From assembly GCA_002633005.1 (NCBI GenBank), contig NMRA01000035.1, positions 1 through 64,000 of the forward strand: DNA of 64,000 nt. Direction: 5' to 3'. The DNA is from Phoronis australis. Lineage: Eukaryota > Animalia > Phoronida. Positions 36,401 to 51,400 of this stretch are shown here, in pieces. Position 1 is the first letter of the stretch; each line of letters begins with the position of its first letter. The notes under the pieces are model-generated. The model was not told where the DNA came from, searched no databases, and was given only the letters and a program-made list of their open reading frames with translations. The position numbers and the translations under genes were made by a program.

Positions 36401-39400
36401 TTGAGTCTGTGTCAAAGTCTTCCTGCTTGTCATCTGTTTTGTCTTCTAGAGAATCTTGATCTGGTTCTCTACTAAAGCCAAATTCAGCCACTTGAAGAGA
36501 AGCTTGTTGAATGATGTTCTGAATTTGATCTTCCTCACCGCTAAGGGAGTCTCTGTCCATTTCTTTGTATTCAGACTCAGACTTTGCAAGTTGTTCATCT
36601 GAATGTGATGTTGCAAGAGGCTGCCCCATATACTGTGAAGGAATATCGGAGCCACTGCCAGGCAGTTCTCCTCTCTCTAGAATGGTCACTATTTTCTGAG
36701 CTTCAGCCTCTAACTCATCTGAGACATGGATTTCTTGCTCAAGACGTTCAAACTCAGACAAAGAAGACATTGAGGAATGTTTGCTATCAGTCGTAAGTGG
36801 CCTTTGACCGTTTGGAGATTCTTTATCTGATTCTGCTAATTCACGCTCCATTTTCTCAAATTCTTGCAGTGAGCCCATTGATCCAGAATCTGGTGGAGTG
36901 ATCTTATCCAATGAACCAGACGAAAAGGTAACTTCCTTTTCAAGTCTTTCAAACTCTGCTAAAGACGAAGCAACGGACACATCATCTCGCTCACCACTAC
37001 CTTTACTGACTACTGAAATTCTTGGAGAGTCTGAAGGAGAATCAAAACTCATTTTCTTGTCACATGGCAACTGTGAACGAATAGAAACTTCTGCCTCCAT
37101 GCGCTCAAATTCGGCCAAAGATGAGGAAATAGATATATTGTCGTGCTCTACAGTCTTGGCAAAGAACTGCTCAGAGGTGACTCCGGGCGACATTTCAGCA
37201 CTTGTTGGAATACTTCCACTGCCTAGTTCTTGAGGAAACTCAAGTTTGTCACCAGTTGAAGATGATGGACTTACCATCTCAGGGGTTTTCTCAGCTTCAT
37301 GAACATCAACCTGAATTGGGGATTCTGCATGTTCTACAGGACCTAAAATGTCGGATGTAAATGATGAGGTCATGGAAGCAATTTCAGCAAGCCTGTCTTC
37401 CCTTTGTCCTTCATCTTCTTCATCATGGGCTAACACAGTGTCATAACTATCAACACTAGATAAGTCACCATAATCTTCTTGGATGTCATCTGCAGCATAA
37501 GTAGATGTTTCTGCTGGTTGAACTTGATCATCTTCCACTAAGACCACAGGGTCACACAATTCATTTTCATCTAATTTCACTTCTGGCATTACACAAATAA
37601 CAGCTGCAGTTTCATTAGCTTCTCCTTGAGTATATTTTTCATCCTCTGATTTGTCACTACTGGGTTCCTGCTTAGACAGCTCCTCTGTTTCCATTTCTTC
37701 CTCTTTAGAGTTGCCAGCGTCTACAACAGGATCAACCTGTTCAGACTCATCATCTGACCGGTCACCTCTCAGAAACTGTTCCTCATGTTGTTGAAGATAC
37801 TGTGTCACTTTGATTTCAGGAATATCTTCAGATGGTTCTCTTAATAACAGTGGTTTGTTCGGCCGGCAGCTGTCATCTTCCACAATTATGGTTCCATCAT
37901 CTGGAGCAAATTCTTCAGGTTCATACTGCAAGTAGTCACTACTGTAAGAGGATGCATCCTGAATATCACCTTCAGTGTCGACTGATTCTTTGGATTCCAG
38001 CCGATCTGTCTTAACTTCTTCCGTTTGTTCATGGATTACAACTTCAGCAGCAGCATCCTCATGACTTTCAATCTCAGGCAGCGCTTCTGGTGTTGCTTCC
38101 TGCTCAGTTTTTACATCATCAACCATCTTGTCCTCCAATGATCTAAAAGTATATGAAACTTCCTCAGGTTTTACATCATCAACAACGATTAAGTCCTCAG
38201 CTGTGTCTTCTTCTGGTTCAAAGTCACGTGATAATTGATGTGTAGCAGCTTCTTGTGGTTTCACTTCATCAAATGTTAAATCTTCAGCTGTTTCTTCTTC
38301 GGGTTCAAAGTCACGTGAAGCTTCATAAGTTGCGACTTCTTGTGGTTTTACATCTTCAACTATAATCAAATCAGCTGTTTTTTCTTCTTCGGGCTCAAAG
38401 TCACGTGAAGCTTCATAAGTTGCAACTTCTTGTGGTTTCACGTCCTCAACTATAATCATATCCTCAGCTGTTTCTTCTTCTTCGGGTTCAAAGTCACGTG
38501 AAGCTTCGTGAGTTGCAACTTCTTGTGGTTTCACATCGTCAACTATAATCAAATCATCAGCTGTTTCTTCTTCTTCAGGTTCAAAGTCACGTGAAGCTTC
38601 ATAAGTTGCAACTTCTTGTGGTTTCACATCCTCAACTATAATCACATCCTCAGCTGTTTCTTCTTCTTCGGGTTCAAAGTCACGTGAAGCTTCATGAGTT
38701 GCCACTTCTTGTGGTTTTACATCTTCAACTGTAATCAAATCCTCAGCTGTTTCTTCTTCTTCAGGTTCAAAGTCACGTGAAGCTTCATTTCTTTCCACTT
38801 CTTGTGATTTCACATCTTCAACTACAATTAAATCTTCTGCCATCTCTTCATCATCAGGCTCAAAATCACGCGATGCCTCATGAGTAGGAACTTCTTGAGA
38901 TTTCGCATCTTCAACAATCATTAAATCTTCAGCCGAGTCTTCTTCACGTTTAAAATCATGTGAAACTTCTTGTAATACAGCGCCTTGTGCTATAACACCA
39001 ACACCAATCAAATGTTCAGGATCTCTTTCATATTCAGGTTCATGTGTTGCAGCTTCTTGTGGTTTCACTTCGTCAACAATGATTAAATCCTCCACCGTTT
39101 CTTCATCATCGGGTTCAAAATCACGTGAAGCTTCATGTGCGGCTGCTTTTTGTGGCGTGACAACATCAGTAACAACTAAATCTTCAGTAGCTTCTTCATC
39201 TTCAGGTTCAAAGTCAAATGCAGCTTCCTGTGTTGTAGCTTCTTGTGGTTTCACATCTTCAACTACTGAATCTTCAATTGCACCCACCTCCTCAGGCTTG
39301 ATGTCGTATAATGCTTCATATTTTGCAGGTTCCTGGAGTTCTGCTTCATCAAGATATTCATTCATTTTATGTTCTTCATGTTCTGGAATTGCATCATCAA

Positions 39401-42400
39401 CCACAATCAGGTCTGCTACTGTTCTGTCTTCCTCAGGTTCAAGTGAAGGATCGTCTGTAACAGCCTTCTGAAGTTCTTCTTCGTCAGCCAAGTTAAGATC
39501 TCCAGAGATTTCCTGCTCATCAGATTCAAAATCATGCAAGACAACTTCTGATTCCACATCATCAACCATACTCTGAAGTTCAACTATTTCCTCCTTTTCT
39601 GATTGAAAGTCGTGCACACCTTCATAGGCTTCTTCATCATCACCAGACTGATTCATTTCAGGTTCAAAGTCCAGGGATGTTCCAAATGTAACTGTCTTCT
39701 TTGGCTTTATTACATCAAGATCAGAATGTGGCTCTTGATAAACACCATCAGCCTTATCTTCTTCAATCTCCTCGTCATCGCCTTCAGGCTCAAAATCACC
39801 AGGTGTTTCAATATCAAGCACATGTTGAGGAGCTATAAGAATGTCACAAGATGAAACACCATCCACGTTATCAGATCTTTCACTTTCAGACAACACTTCA
39901 GCTTCCTCACGCATGTCTGTGTCTTCATTGGTGCCTACTGCATACTCCTCGGCAGCAACCACTTGGGCCCTTGATACAACTGTCTCAACAACATGAGATG
40001 CAGCTTGATGAAGATGGTCCTCGTCATGTTCACTTGGCCGTTCTACAGAAGCCTCCACGAACTGGTCATTCACACTATTGTCTTCCATCTGGTCATTAGC
40101 ACGAACCTCTTCCGTGGACGGCATGGTTGGTGATTCATCAGTTTCATCAAGTCCTGTTGTTGAATCAGATTGGAAATGTTCTCCATACGCACTCATGTGA
40201 AAACGATAAATGCCAGCATCCGTTTCTTCATGTTCTTCTGCAATAAAATGTTCTCCAGGAGCAAGAGGCATGTCATCTTCATGTTCAACACATTGGTCTA
40301 GAGGGTCAACAATTATGCCTTGTTCTTCAAAAGGCATTTCTAGATTATACAGAGTACCTGAAGATGCATCCAACAAATCAGATTCAGGCACTGCCAAGTC
40401 CTCCATAAGTTCCTCCGTTTCCTTTGATTCCGCCTCAGAAGACTCTGTTCCCATGCTTGGTGGCAGGTCATCAAGTTCCATTAAAATACTTGGAGCAGCA
40501 CTTCTGTCATCATTGATAGTTTCCTCTAAATTGTGTAGAGAAGATACTGGAATTTGGTCCGAAACAGTTGTCTGAAAAAAGTCATCTTCTCCTGGGAAGT
40601 AGTCAACTTCAGTAGGTCCATTAGTCATGGAATACTCCTGAGTATGGACAACGTCATGACCAGTGTCAGAAACTGAAATGTCAAGTAATGTTTCTTCCAT
40701 GACAGTGGGCTGCAAAGCTTCTGTTTCTGTTTCTTCTTGTTGGGCTGCAATAATTGCAGCTGACTGAATGACTTGAGAAACATGATGGGCAGCAAGCTGT
40801 TCATCAAAATCATCACATTCTGAAGGAGAAACAAAGTCAAATGAGCTAGATTCATCTTGGTCACCTATCTCCTCTTCATCTTCTTCCATTATTGATCCAG
40901 TAACTGCTTCAGATGGATACTCATCAACATCCTTTACAATGAATTCTTGGTCTAACTCCTGCTGAACCTGGTCTTCAGAAGGAAGCACAATAGATGATAC
41001 CATAGCATTAGTAGCGACATCTTCAACTTGAATGTCTTGCCTTTCGGCAACTTGTGGCATGAGGCTATCTGCAGGTTCTGAATCAACAAAAATTGGATGA
41101 GCAGATTCACTCTCTTCCTTTTCTTCTTTGTGGGCATCTGATTCAAACACTTCATCATCTGGGCTAGATAATATGACTTTAGCAGGGGCACTTTCAACAG
41201 GCAAAGTTTTTTCTACAGTGTCAGGTGAAATATCATAAGCTGCAACAACTCGGCTGACATGTCCTGAATCCAAATCGTATGTGGCAGCTAGAAGAGTAGG
41301 CTCTGCTGAATCATCAGAGGACACAGATGCCTGCTGTAACACTCTTTGTTCGTCAAATGCTTTTATTTCGGTGCGCATCTGAGAAGCAGCGTTCAGTTCA
41401 ATCACATGAGCAGGCTCCGGAATGGCTTCAACTTCTTTTGATTCTTCAGATTCATCATCAAGCTTTGATTCACATTCATCAGATGGCTCTTGAATTTCTG
41501 GCATTTCTTCAGACTCGCGGTAATCATATGGCTCATGCTTCAAGGTCTCCCTCGCATGCTCAGATACATCATTCATGTCAAGAGATTCCTGGGATCCTGT
41601 TCTAGCGGACTCCGACGAAATTTCATCATCTGGAACTGATAGTAAAGGAGCTTGTGTTTCATCAAGAAATTCCTTCGTGACTTCCTCCTCCTCCTCTTCT
41701 GGAATTGTATCATGTGTTCCCTCGTCTCTGAAATCGTACCCAATGTTGTCATAAGATAGCATTTCTTCGCGAGAATAGGACATGACAACAGACTCGCCTT
41801 GAGGTGTACTAGAACTCAAGACTGGTACCTGTTCTGTGACAGAATCAGGAAGCTCAACATCACGTCTTGTGTATTCCATCTCTGCCATCAAATCAGGTTC
41901 GAGTTCAGGTTCTGAATGATCACTCATTTCCAGAGATTCATCAGAAGATTCACGTTCGTGCTTCTCAATAACCTCTTCCTCAAACACCAGTGATGCAACA
42001 TCAGACTCTTTCTGTGACAAAAATTCTTGCTTGGAAAATTCAGGTATCTCAGTTTCAACAGTTTGCTCAATATTCTTGTCTTCAACAAGACGTTCATATT
42101 CGTCACCCGAATCAGGCAAATGTGAGTCTTTCTGCTCCATTTCAATTACCAGATGAGATTCCTCTTTAAGTGGTGATTCCAGCTCACTTAATTCCCCTTC
42201 TATCGTAACCTCACCAACTTGATATTGCCCAGTTTCAAGTTCAGTAGACAATTCTTTTTCAACCTCAGTGCCATCAGTATATTCAGGTTCACCTTGAAAT
42301 GTGTCCTCAGAAGTGAGGTGGTGCTCTTCAAAGCCAGTTCTTACTTCTTCTTTCTCCTCATCCTTCAAACTTTCAAACTGATAAGGAGCAAATTCAGGCT

Positions 42401-45400
42401 GCTGAACAGAGGGTGATGTTAGCTCAGTATGTTGAGCCTCCTCAAATGCACTAAGCTGGCGAGAAGGGGACTCATCAAAATGCTCAACAGATGAATGAAC
42501 GGCTGAATGTCCAAACAAAGTCTCAGGTTCCACTTGTTCTTCATCCATTCGGTATGGCTCCCTATCAGGAGACATTTCATAAGCAATGTGTTGCTGTGGC
42601 TCAACAAATTCCTCACAAGTATCAGTGTCGACCAAACTAGAGTGCTGTGGACCTGTTGAAACTGGGGAATAAGAGTGTTCTATAGAATACTGAGAGGATG
42701 GGGACTGAGTGTCTAACCCTTGATCGGTGAACTGGTCCTCGAAGTGGGACTCCTCATGCTGTTGTTGGTCATGATCACTGGGAAGATCTGCAGAAAGCCA
42801 GTGACAAAAAGCATTAAAGTCAAAACATTCAAAAAACGTGTGAACTGAGAATGGCTTGCTCAGGCCTAAGAATAACACCTATGAGCAATGTTAGGAAAAT
42901 TCAACAAGTAATATCAGGAAATCCTAAAAACTGCCATTCTCAGGGTCTGTGCTCTCTATAAGGCATTTTAATATTGTACTTTCATCTGTTTTGTGATCAA
43001 AGCCAATAGAAAGGTCTAGATCACATTTCGACACAGATGAAGGCGTTCATACATGTCCATGTACCCAGCAATGTCATAAAAAGCCAGTGAATCAATTTTG
43101 TCAAGGTGAAACTCAGCATGATCAAGGAAGACGACTAGGACCAGCCACCATACATTTGCTCTAAACAGAAAGCTTCACAAAAACCATATTAATCAGAAAA
43201 GCAGGAAGCCTGAAAATAATAGTGCATTAACAAATTCATGCAAATGGACCAATGAATAAACAAAAAGGTTAGATCAGTTTGCTAAGCAGAAATCTGCTGC
43301 ACAATGTTTTCCAAATGCACTCAAGGATGAATAACTAATAAGCCACGATAATAACACATTTGTTTTGATGTCATTCTGAAACAATGCATATCACTGAAGC
43401 ACGATACAAATAAATGTAGAATACACAATAAAACATGTACGAGAGGGTAAATAATAAAACAGTGTTAATAGATTTCAAAGAAAATAAAACCACAGAGTCA
43501 CTGATGTGTTGATGCATATTAACTGGTTATGACCATGAATGTTTAGAGAAAAACATGGCTAGGAGCTCTGGAGAAAGTTGTAGCCATCAAAACAATTCTT
43601 GTTCTAGATTCAGGAGAGGCGAAAACGCTAGCACTTTCTCAGGCTAAAACACTAAAAGTTTCGCTAGTGTTTCAACCACACACACAAACTGTCGGCGAAG
43701 AGGTAATTTTCACCAGCAGTTGGTTTGTTTTATCACTACCAAAGCAGCTTTTATGTTATAATTGATGCTAGAACATGTTCACTTTGCGCCATAAATTGAT
43801 TGATGAGACAACAGAACACAGACCATTTACCGCTGAACATGTATTAGCGAAAACACCAGTAGTTTTCGGGTGTCTCAAATCGCTAAAATGCTAGCGTTTT
43901 AGCCAGCATGTGAACCGGGTAAAAATGAACTTAATATGTGAACAACATGCTTTGTGCTCCCTGCAGTTATGGCAACCAGTTTGTCTATTTCCAGCTCAGT
44001 GTCTTCAAAGAAATATGCAGGATGAGCAAATGATGGCTGGCAATCAACAAACACACTGATGTCTACAAGCATAAGCTCAACTTCCAGCAATTTACATACC
44101 TTCTGATTGTACTCTATCGTCATCAAAGTCAGCTGCAAAAGACAACAGCATTCATAAACACAAAGCCTCACAATGACAGCAAGCTCTGGATAACACAATC
44201 AGCATTCAGTTATGTCAGTGTATGATAGGTTGTGCTAAGAAGGTTGGTTAATATCACTAATAGGTATTAGATAGTTTACCAAAAGCCACAACTGTTAATT
44301 TCAAACATTTACAAGTAAAACAAGTTCATATTGGAGTAAATGGTAGCTGTCGGATATAACGTGACGCATTTTGAGAACCAGTTTTCTCCACTGAATAATG
44401 GGCATCAACTTGGTTCTCAAAATATGGGCATTTCATATGCGACTATTCCCCAGTAAACATTATTAAGTTTGAAATGTTATTCAACTCTGAAGGTAGGTAT
44501 AGAAATAGTTACATGAGATAAGGCAAGCAAGCAAATCAGGTATAATGTGAACTAAACTTAAACACATTTACACAGTCACAAACAGTACACATCCAGAAAT
44601 GAAAATTCCACATATGGAAAAAAAAACAGAATACAGAAACGGAGAGTTCAGTCTGAAGCAGGGAACAGAGTTCACAATATCTGACGGTATACCTTTCGAA
44701 GAGTATGTTAATAAATCGTCATCCAAGGAGTGATGTTTGATTTTTTCTGGGAAAGAATGGTGTCGGGAGCGGTCATCAGGTGATGAGGACAATTCACCAT
44801 TGTCGGAGTCGAGTGAATGCGACCGTTTCAGAGCAGTTTCAGTCGAACCATCATCTGACTCTGCCCGGACATCATCATCGTCAATTAAATGGTCGAGCCC
44901 CGATTCAAATGTTACATCAATTGGTGTGCTATAGTGTTCGACAATTTTTTGCCTACGTTTGATTTCAGGTGATGTTTGTACATCTGTGTCATACTGATCT
45001 ATTTCAGCAGTTTCCTCAACTGTTGTCGCAACAGGTGAGGCAATATAACAGGCCTCTTCTTCAAAATGATCATATAATTCATCCTCGCTGTTACCTGCAA
45101 CACCAAAATGAATTCTATGATGGGAGCAGAGCTCACAGTCCGCGTTTACAAAACATTGAAAGCTTTTGTTAGAAAGCACAGGCAGGTTTATGATCATTCA
45201 AATCAAGGGTAACAGCATCGGATTCAGCCTGTAAGAAACAGCTAACAAAATCAAAATAGCAAAATAAGGCCACACATCAAATTCAACATCTTGGGTGAAC
45301 GGAAAAGGTATAACAGAAAACTGACCGAAGTCATCGATGAAGAAAATGAACCTGATGAGACATGACCATGCAGACAACAACAAAGAGTAACATTCTGACC

Positions 45401-48400
45401 TGGTAGTTCATCATGTTTATCACTTCCTTCCACAGTGGGAGAGCCAACTGGTATCTGAGAATCAAAGGATTCTGACGAAACCGTGCCATCGCGATCATCC
45501 CCCTCAACCACGAACAAAGCATGGTCAGCCGGGTGCTCAACAGAGTCGAAAGCTCTACTGGAATCACCAACTGAACTACCCAGAATGTCAGCTTGGTAAT
45601 CCGATTCAGTCATTACGCTGGTAGTTGTGCTGAGGACCAAGGTGTAATCAGAAGGGGATGGTGGTCTTTCACTGTCACCATAACCGGATTCTGTCATCCG
45701 ACCACTGTATACAGATGCACTCATTATGCCACTAGACCCAGACTCGTACATCTGGCTAGGAAGCGGCGCCACTTCAGCATCTTGTTCATCTTGGTCAGAA
45801 TGATCAGAATGGGATTCAATGTACTGCTCAATGAATATTTGCTGGGAAGTGTCAACAGTCATTTTTCCTTCAACAGCTTCTTCAGGTTCCAAGGAATAGT
45901 CGCTTGGAGAAAGAGGGCGTTCTTTTTCATGAACAAGCTCATAAGTTGCTGCACTGCTTTCTTCAGTAAAGTGTTCTTCATTGTATCCTGATTCAACTAA
46001 AGACCCAGACGGTAACTCCTTCACATCCTGGGCATCATCATAATTCTTAATTATTTGGTTGTCCTTTTCAGGGATTTCCTCATGAACATCGTCCCCCTGA
46101 GGACTACTGATTTCAACGTCTAATGAGGCTGAAGGAGTCAAAGGAATATGTTGAGTGACATGCAAGGACGGGGTGTATGCAGTAGAGTCAGACCAACATT
46201 GAGCAGGAGGAACAGGATAGAGTACAGAAGGCATGCACGAGACGACATCGACCTCTGCCCGATCAGTAACCATGTCGCCACACTCGACATTCTCACCAAT
46301 ATGTTCCCTTCCTAAAGATTTTTCATTCTTTTCAACATCATCATCATCATCATCACTCACTTTAAACAAACTCACATCAGCTTCAACATACTGGCCATCA
46401 AAACCACTTCCCTGACCATCAAAATCATATTGAGCAGAAGACAGGTAAGGAAGTAAAGTTGAATGAGAAGTTAAATGAATATCAGAAGCAGAAGTGTTAG
46501 TTTTACTGGAGCAGATATCATACGTCCTTTCCTCAGTTGCTTTTGCAACTGTTTTTTCTACAACAGATATCGTTAAATTAGATGTTAATATGCTGGATTC
46601 AGTCGCAGATGACGGTGTATGTTTAAATTCCAACTCTGATGACATAATCTTCTTAGGTGTCTCCAACTCTAGATCAGCATCACGGTTCACCAAATTTGGC
46701 CTAACTTCTAGTTCAGCAACTTCAGATCTCTCTTTTACAGATTCTTGTTCCATCTCAAACATTGACGTTGCAGCCACTTGCTTATTGGGTTCTTCTGCCC
46801 AGTTCAACGACGCCAACCTATTTACTTCATCTGCAGTATCTGGCCCTACTTCAAGAACAGTTGCTGCTGTCACAGTTTCTAGCTCATGTTTTAAAGTCAT
46901 TGTTGCCAACCTTTGCTGTTGTTCTGTCTCAAACGTTGAAGTTGAATCAGGTTCTATCTCAAGTAATAACAACTCTGTATTAAGATCTTTATCAGGTCGT
47001 GCCCCATCATCAATATTACTAACTTCACAAGATAAAGACTCAGCCATATCTTCTACCTTGGGTGTTACTGACTGGGGTTCAAGTTCTTTATCATATCTAA
47101 CCAACACTGGTTCTAGTTCGACCTCACTTCTACCTGACTCAAGATCCTGTCCAACATAAGCTGGTAATGACTCTATCTCATGTTCTCCTTCAGGTGTAAC
47201 TGACTCATATTTTTCTTCAGCTCTAACTGACTCAGCTTTTACCCACTCAGCGTCATGTTCACCATCAGATGCTACTAACACAGGCCCAGGCTCTTCCTCA
47301 AATGACTTCTGCACATTCTTCGTTCCAGTTGTCACTGACTCAGGCTCATGTCTTACGTCAACTGCAACCAAGTCTGGCTCATGTTCTACCTCAGACTTTG
47401 TATCATGTTGTAACCCAATTGTTACTGACTCTGGCCCATATTCTTTTTCAGGTGTAAAAGATTCTGACTCAGGTTCTAAATAAGAATTTCCTGACCCCGT
47501 TTCAGGCTCTACCGCATCCACAACCGGCTCATGTTCATCCTCAGTCTCTGAAACATGCTTTACCTCAGGTATAATTGACTCAAGTTCAGGTTCAACCTCA
47601 GGCATAACTAACTCTGGTTCATGCCCTATATCAGGGGTAACTGACTCTGGTTCATATTTAGCATCAGCTGTTATAGACTCCTGCTTAAGATCCTGCCCTG
47701 GTGGACCCACCTCTGGATCATGTTGTACATCAAGCGTTTCTAATTCTGGTTTGCGTTTAACATCAACTGTTACTGATTCTAGTTCTCCCCCAAGTGTACC
47801 TGATTCTGGCTCAATTTCAAGATCACTTGATACTGACTCTGGCTCAGGTTCAACCTCAGCCATTACAGATTCTGGCTCATGTTCCACCCCACCTGTTACT
47901 GGCTTTGTCTCCAGTTCTATCACAGACGTTACTAGATTTGGATCAAGTTCTATTACAGATGTTATAGAATCTCGCTCAGGTTCAACCTCAGTTGTTATTA
48001 ATTCCATATCAGTTGTTATTGACATTGGCTCATGCTCTATCATAGATATTACTAAGTCTCGCTCCCATTCACCCTCAGTCGTAACAGACAGTAACTCATG
48101 TTCTGTAACAACTGCATGGGACTCTGGCTCACATTCTACTCGACCTTTTAATGACTCATATTCAACCTCAGCTGATACTGACTCTGGTTCATCTTTGACA
48201 TCAGATATTACTGACTTTGACTCATGTTCTTCATCAGCTACTACTGACTGCAGATCGCGTACTACTTCAGGTGTAATTGAGTGTGGGTAGTGTTCTACTT
48301 CAACTGTTACTGACCCTTGCTCAAATCCTACCACAGATGTAACTGGCTCAGACTCAAGTTCTGCCTCAGGTGTACTGGATTCTAGCTCATGTTCTACTTC

Positions 48401-51400
48401 ACCTGTTAAAGATTGAGACACATGTCCTATGTCATATGCTGCTGATACGGGTTTACATTCTTCATCAAGCGCACTTGACTTTGGCTCATGTTCTATTTCT
48501 GGTGAAATTGACTCTAGCTCATACTCAACATCAGCTCTTACTGACACTGCCCCGTTGTCTTTCTTGGAAGTTGCAGACTCCTTCTCATATACCACCTCAG
48601 GAAAAACTGACTCTGGCTCAAGATCTGACTCAGTTTTTACTGGCTCATATATGTCTTGAACTGTTACTAACTCTACCACATGTTCCAACTTAGGCGTAAC
48701 TGGTTCATATTCGCGTTCTACCAGAGGTGAAACAGACTCTAGGTCATGTTCTACAACACTTCGTTCTGACTTTGGCTCATGTTCATCAGATATCACTGAC
48801 TTTGACTCATGTCCTTCCTCAGCTACTACTGATCCTATCTCATGCCCTATCTCAGTTATCACCGATGGTGGCTCATGTGATATCTCAGGTGAAATTGACT
48901 TCAAGTAATGTTCTACAACAGTTGAAACAGACTTTGGATCGTGTTCAGCTTTGGTAGTTAATGACGCTGATTCGAGTTCACCATCAGATGACTTTGAATC
49001 ATCTTCTTCTTTATCTATTGACGACGCCAACTTGCGTTCTACTTCAGGTGTACCCGACTCCGGCTGATGTTCTACCTCAGGTGTAATTGTCTCTGGCTCA
49101 TGTTCCACAACAAAAGTACTTGACATAGCTTCATGATCAGCCTCACGTGTAATAAACTCTGACTCATGTTCTACCTCAGTTGTTACTAAATCTGACCCCG
49201 GTTCAACACAAGTCATGACTGATTCGGGTTCAGCTGTTTCTGACTTCGTCTGACGTTCCATCACAGATGTTACAGACTCTTGCTCACGTCCTTCCTCAGC
49301 CGCTGCTGATTCTACCTCATGACCTATCTCAGCTGTAACAGACTCGGACTCAAGTTCAACCTCAGCTATTACTGATTCTGGTTCCTGTTCTACATCGGCT
49401 GAAACTGATTTTGACTCATCTTCTTCCTCAGTAGCTACTGAATCTAGACCGTGTTCTACCTCAGGTTTACCCGACTCTGGCTGCTGCTCTACCTCAGGAA
49501 TAACTAACTCTGGCTCAGGTTCCACCACAAGTGTAGTCAACTCCACAACATGTTCTACCTCAGGTATAACTGACTCTGGAACATGTTCCACGTCAGGTGT
49601 ACTAGACTCTTGCTCAGATTTTGTCACATGGTCATCTTCAACTGTTACAGATTCTGGCTCACGTCCTACCTCAGATATTTCTGAATCAGACTTATGTTCT
49701 TCACTAGGTGCACTTGACTTTGGCTTACATTCAACCTCAAGTGTAACTGAGTCATGCATATGCTCAACAACGGGTGTAACCGATTTTGGCTCCTGATCAA
49801 CATCAGCTGTTATGAACTCGGACTCAAGGTAGTCTTCAGATGCTGTTGGCTCTTGCTCATATTCCAACTCAGGCGTAAGTATTTGTAGCTCATGTTCTGT
49901 ATCCACAGCAAGAGAACTTGTGTCACATTCTAACTCAGTTGTTAAAGACTCTAGCAAATGTCCTGTCTCAGTTGTTACTGACTCTGGCTCATGTTCTAAC
50001 TCAAGTGTTTGTGATTTTGGCTCATGTTCTCCATCAGGAGAAAATGACTTAATCTCATGTTCAACTTCAGGCGTAATTGACTTTAGGTCATGTTCTGCTT
50101 CAGTTGTTCCGGACTTTGGCTCATATTCTTCCTTAGCTGCTACTGACTCAAGTTCATGTTCCAACACAGGTATAACTGACTCTGATTCATGTTCTACATC
50201 AGGTGTAACTGAACATAGCTCATGTCTCTGCTCGGGTTTAACTGACTCTGGATCAAATTCTAGCTTAGCTGATACAGACTGCGGCTGAAGGTCTACCTCT
50301 GCTGTTACCAACTGTGGCTCATGTTCTACATAAGGAGTTACTGACTCATTATCTATCTCAGTTGTTTGTGACTTTTGCTCATGTTCTACCTCAGATGTAA
50401 CAGACTCTAGGCCATGTTCTACAACAGCTGTTAAAGACTTTGGCTCATATTCTTCTTCAGCTGTTACCGAATCATGCTCAAGTTCAACCACAGGTTTAAC
50501 TGACATTGGAAGATCCTCCTCACCAGGTGTAACTAACTCTGGTTCAAGTTCAACAACACCTGTTACTGGTTCTGTTTCATGTTCTACCATAGTTGTTTCT
50601 GACTGGGTCATAAATTCTGGTTCACGTTCAATATCAGACACTTCTGACTGTTCAGCAAGCTCTATCACAGGTGTAACTGACTCAGGCTCATGTTCAATCT
50701 CAGTTGTTATGGGACCTGGTTCATGATCTACCTCAGCAGTTACTGACTTGGTCTGATGTTCCATCACAGATGTTACAGGCTCCTGCTCACGTCCCTCCTC
50801 AGCCGCTGCTGATTCTACCTCATGACCTATCTCAGCAGTCACTGACTCTGACTCAAGTTCAACCTCAGCTGTTACTGACCCTGGTTCCTGTTTCACATCA
50901 AATGAAACCGACTTTGACTCATTTTCTTCTTCCTCAGGTGCTACTGACTCTGGCTGCTGTTCTACCTCGGGTTTCCCGGACTCTGGCTGCTGCTCTACCT
51001 CAGGTTTACCCGACTCTGGCTGCTGCTCTACCTCAGGTTTACCTGACTCTGGCTGCTGCTCTATCTCAGGTATAACTAACTCTGGCTCATGTTCCACCAC
51101 ATGTGTACTCGACCCTACAGCATGTTCCACCTCAGGTATAATTGACTCTGGAACATGTTCCATGTCAGGTGTACTAGACTCTTGCTCACATTGTGTCACA
51201 TGTTCATCTTCAACTGTTACAGAATCTGGCTCACGTCCTTCATCAAATATTTCTGAATCAGACTCATGTTCTTCATTAGGTGCACTTGACTTTGGCTTAT
51301 ATTCTACCTCAAGTGTAATGGACTCAGGCATGTGTTCAGCAATAGGTGTAACCGACTCTGGCTCCTGATCAACATCAGCTGTTATTGACTTCGACTTATG

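Noticed and set aside
42788-42878. N-terminal extension MLFLGLSKPF... of the 2482-aa ORF, and the hydrophobic tails of both giant ORFs
   Set aside because: These lie outside the splice sites and are intronic read-through, not signal peptides or transmembrane segments.
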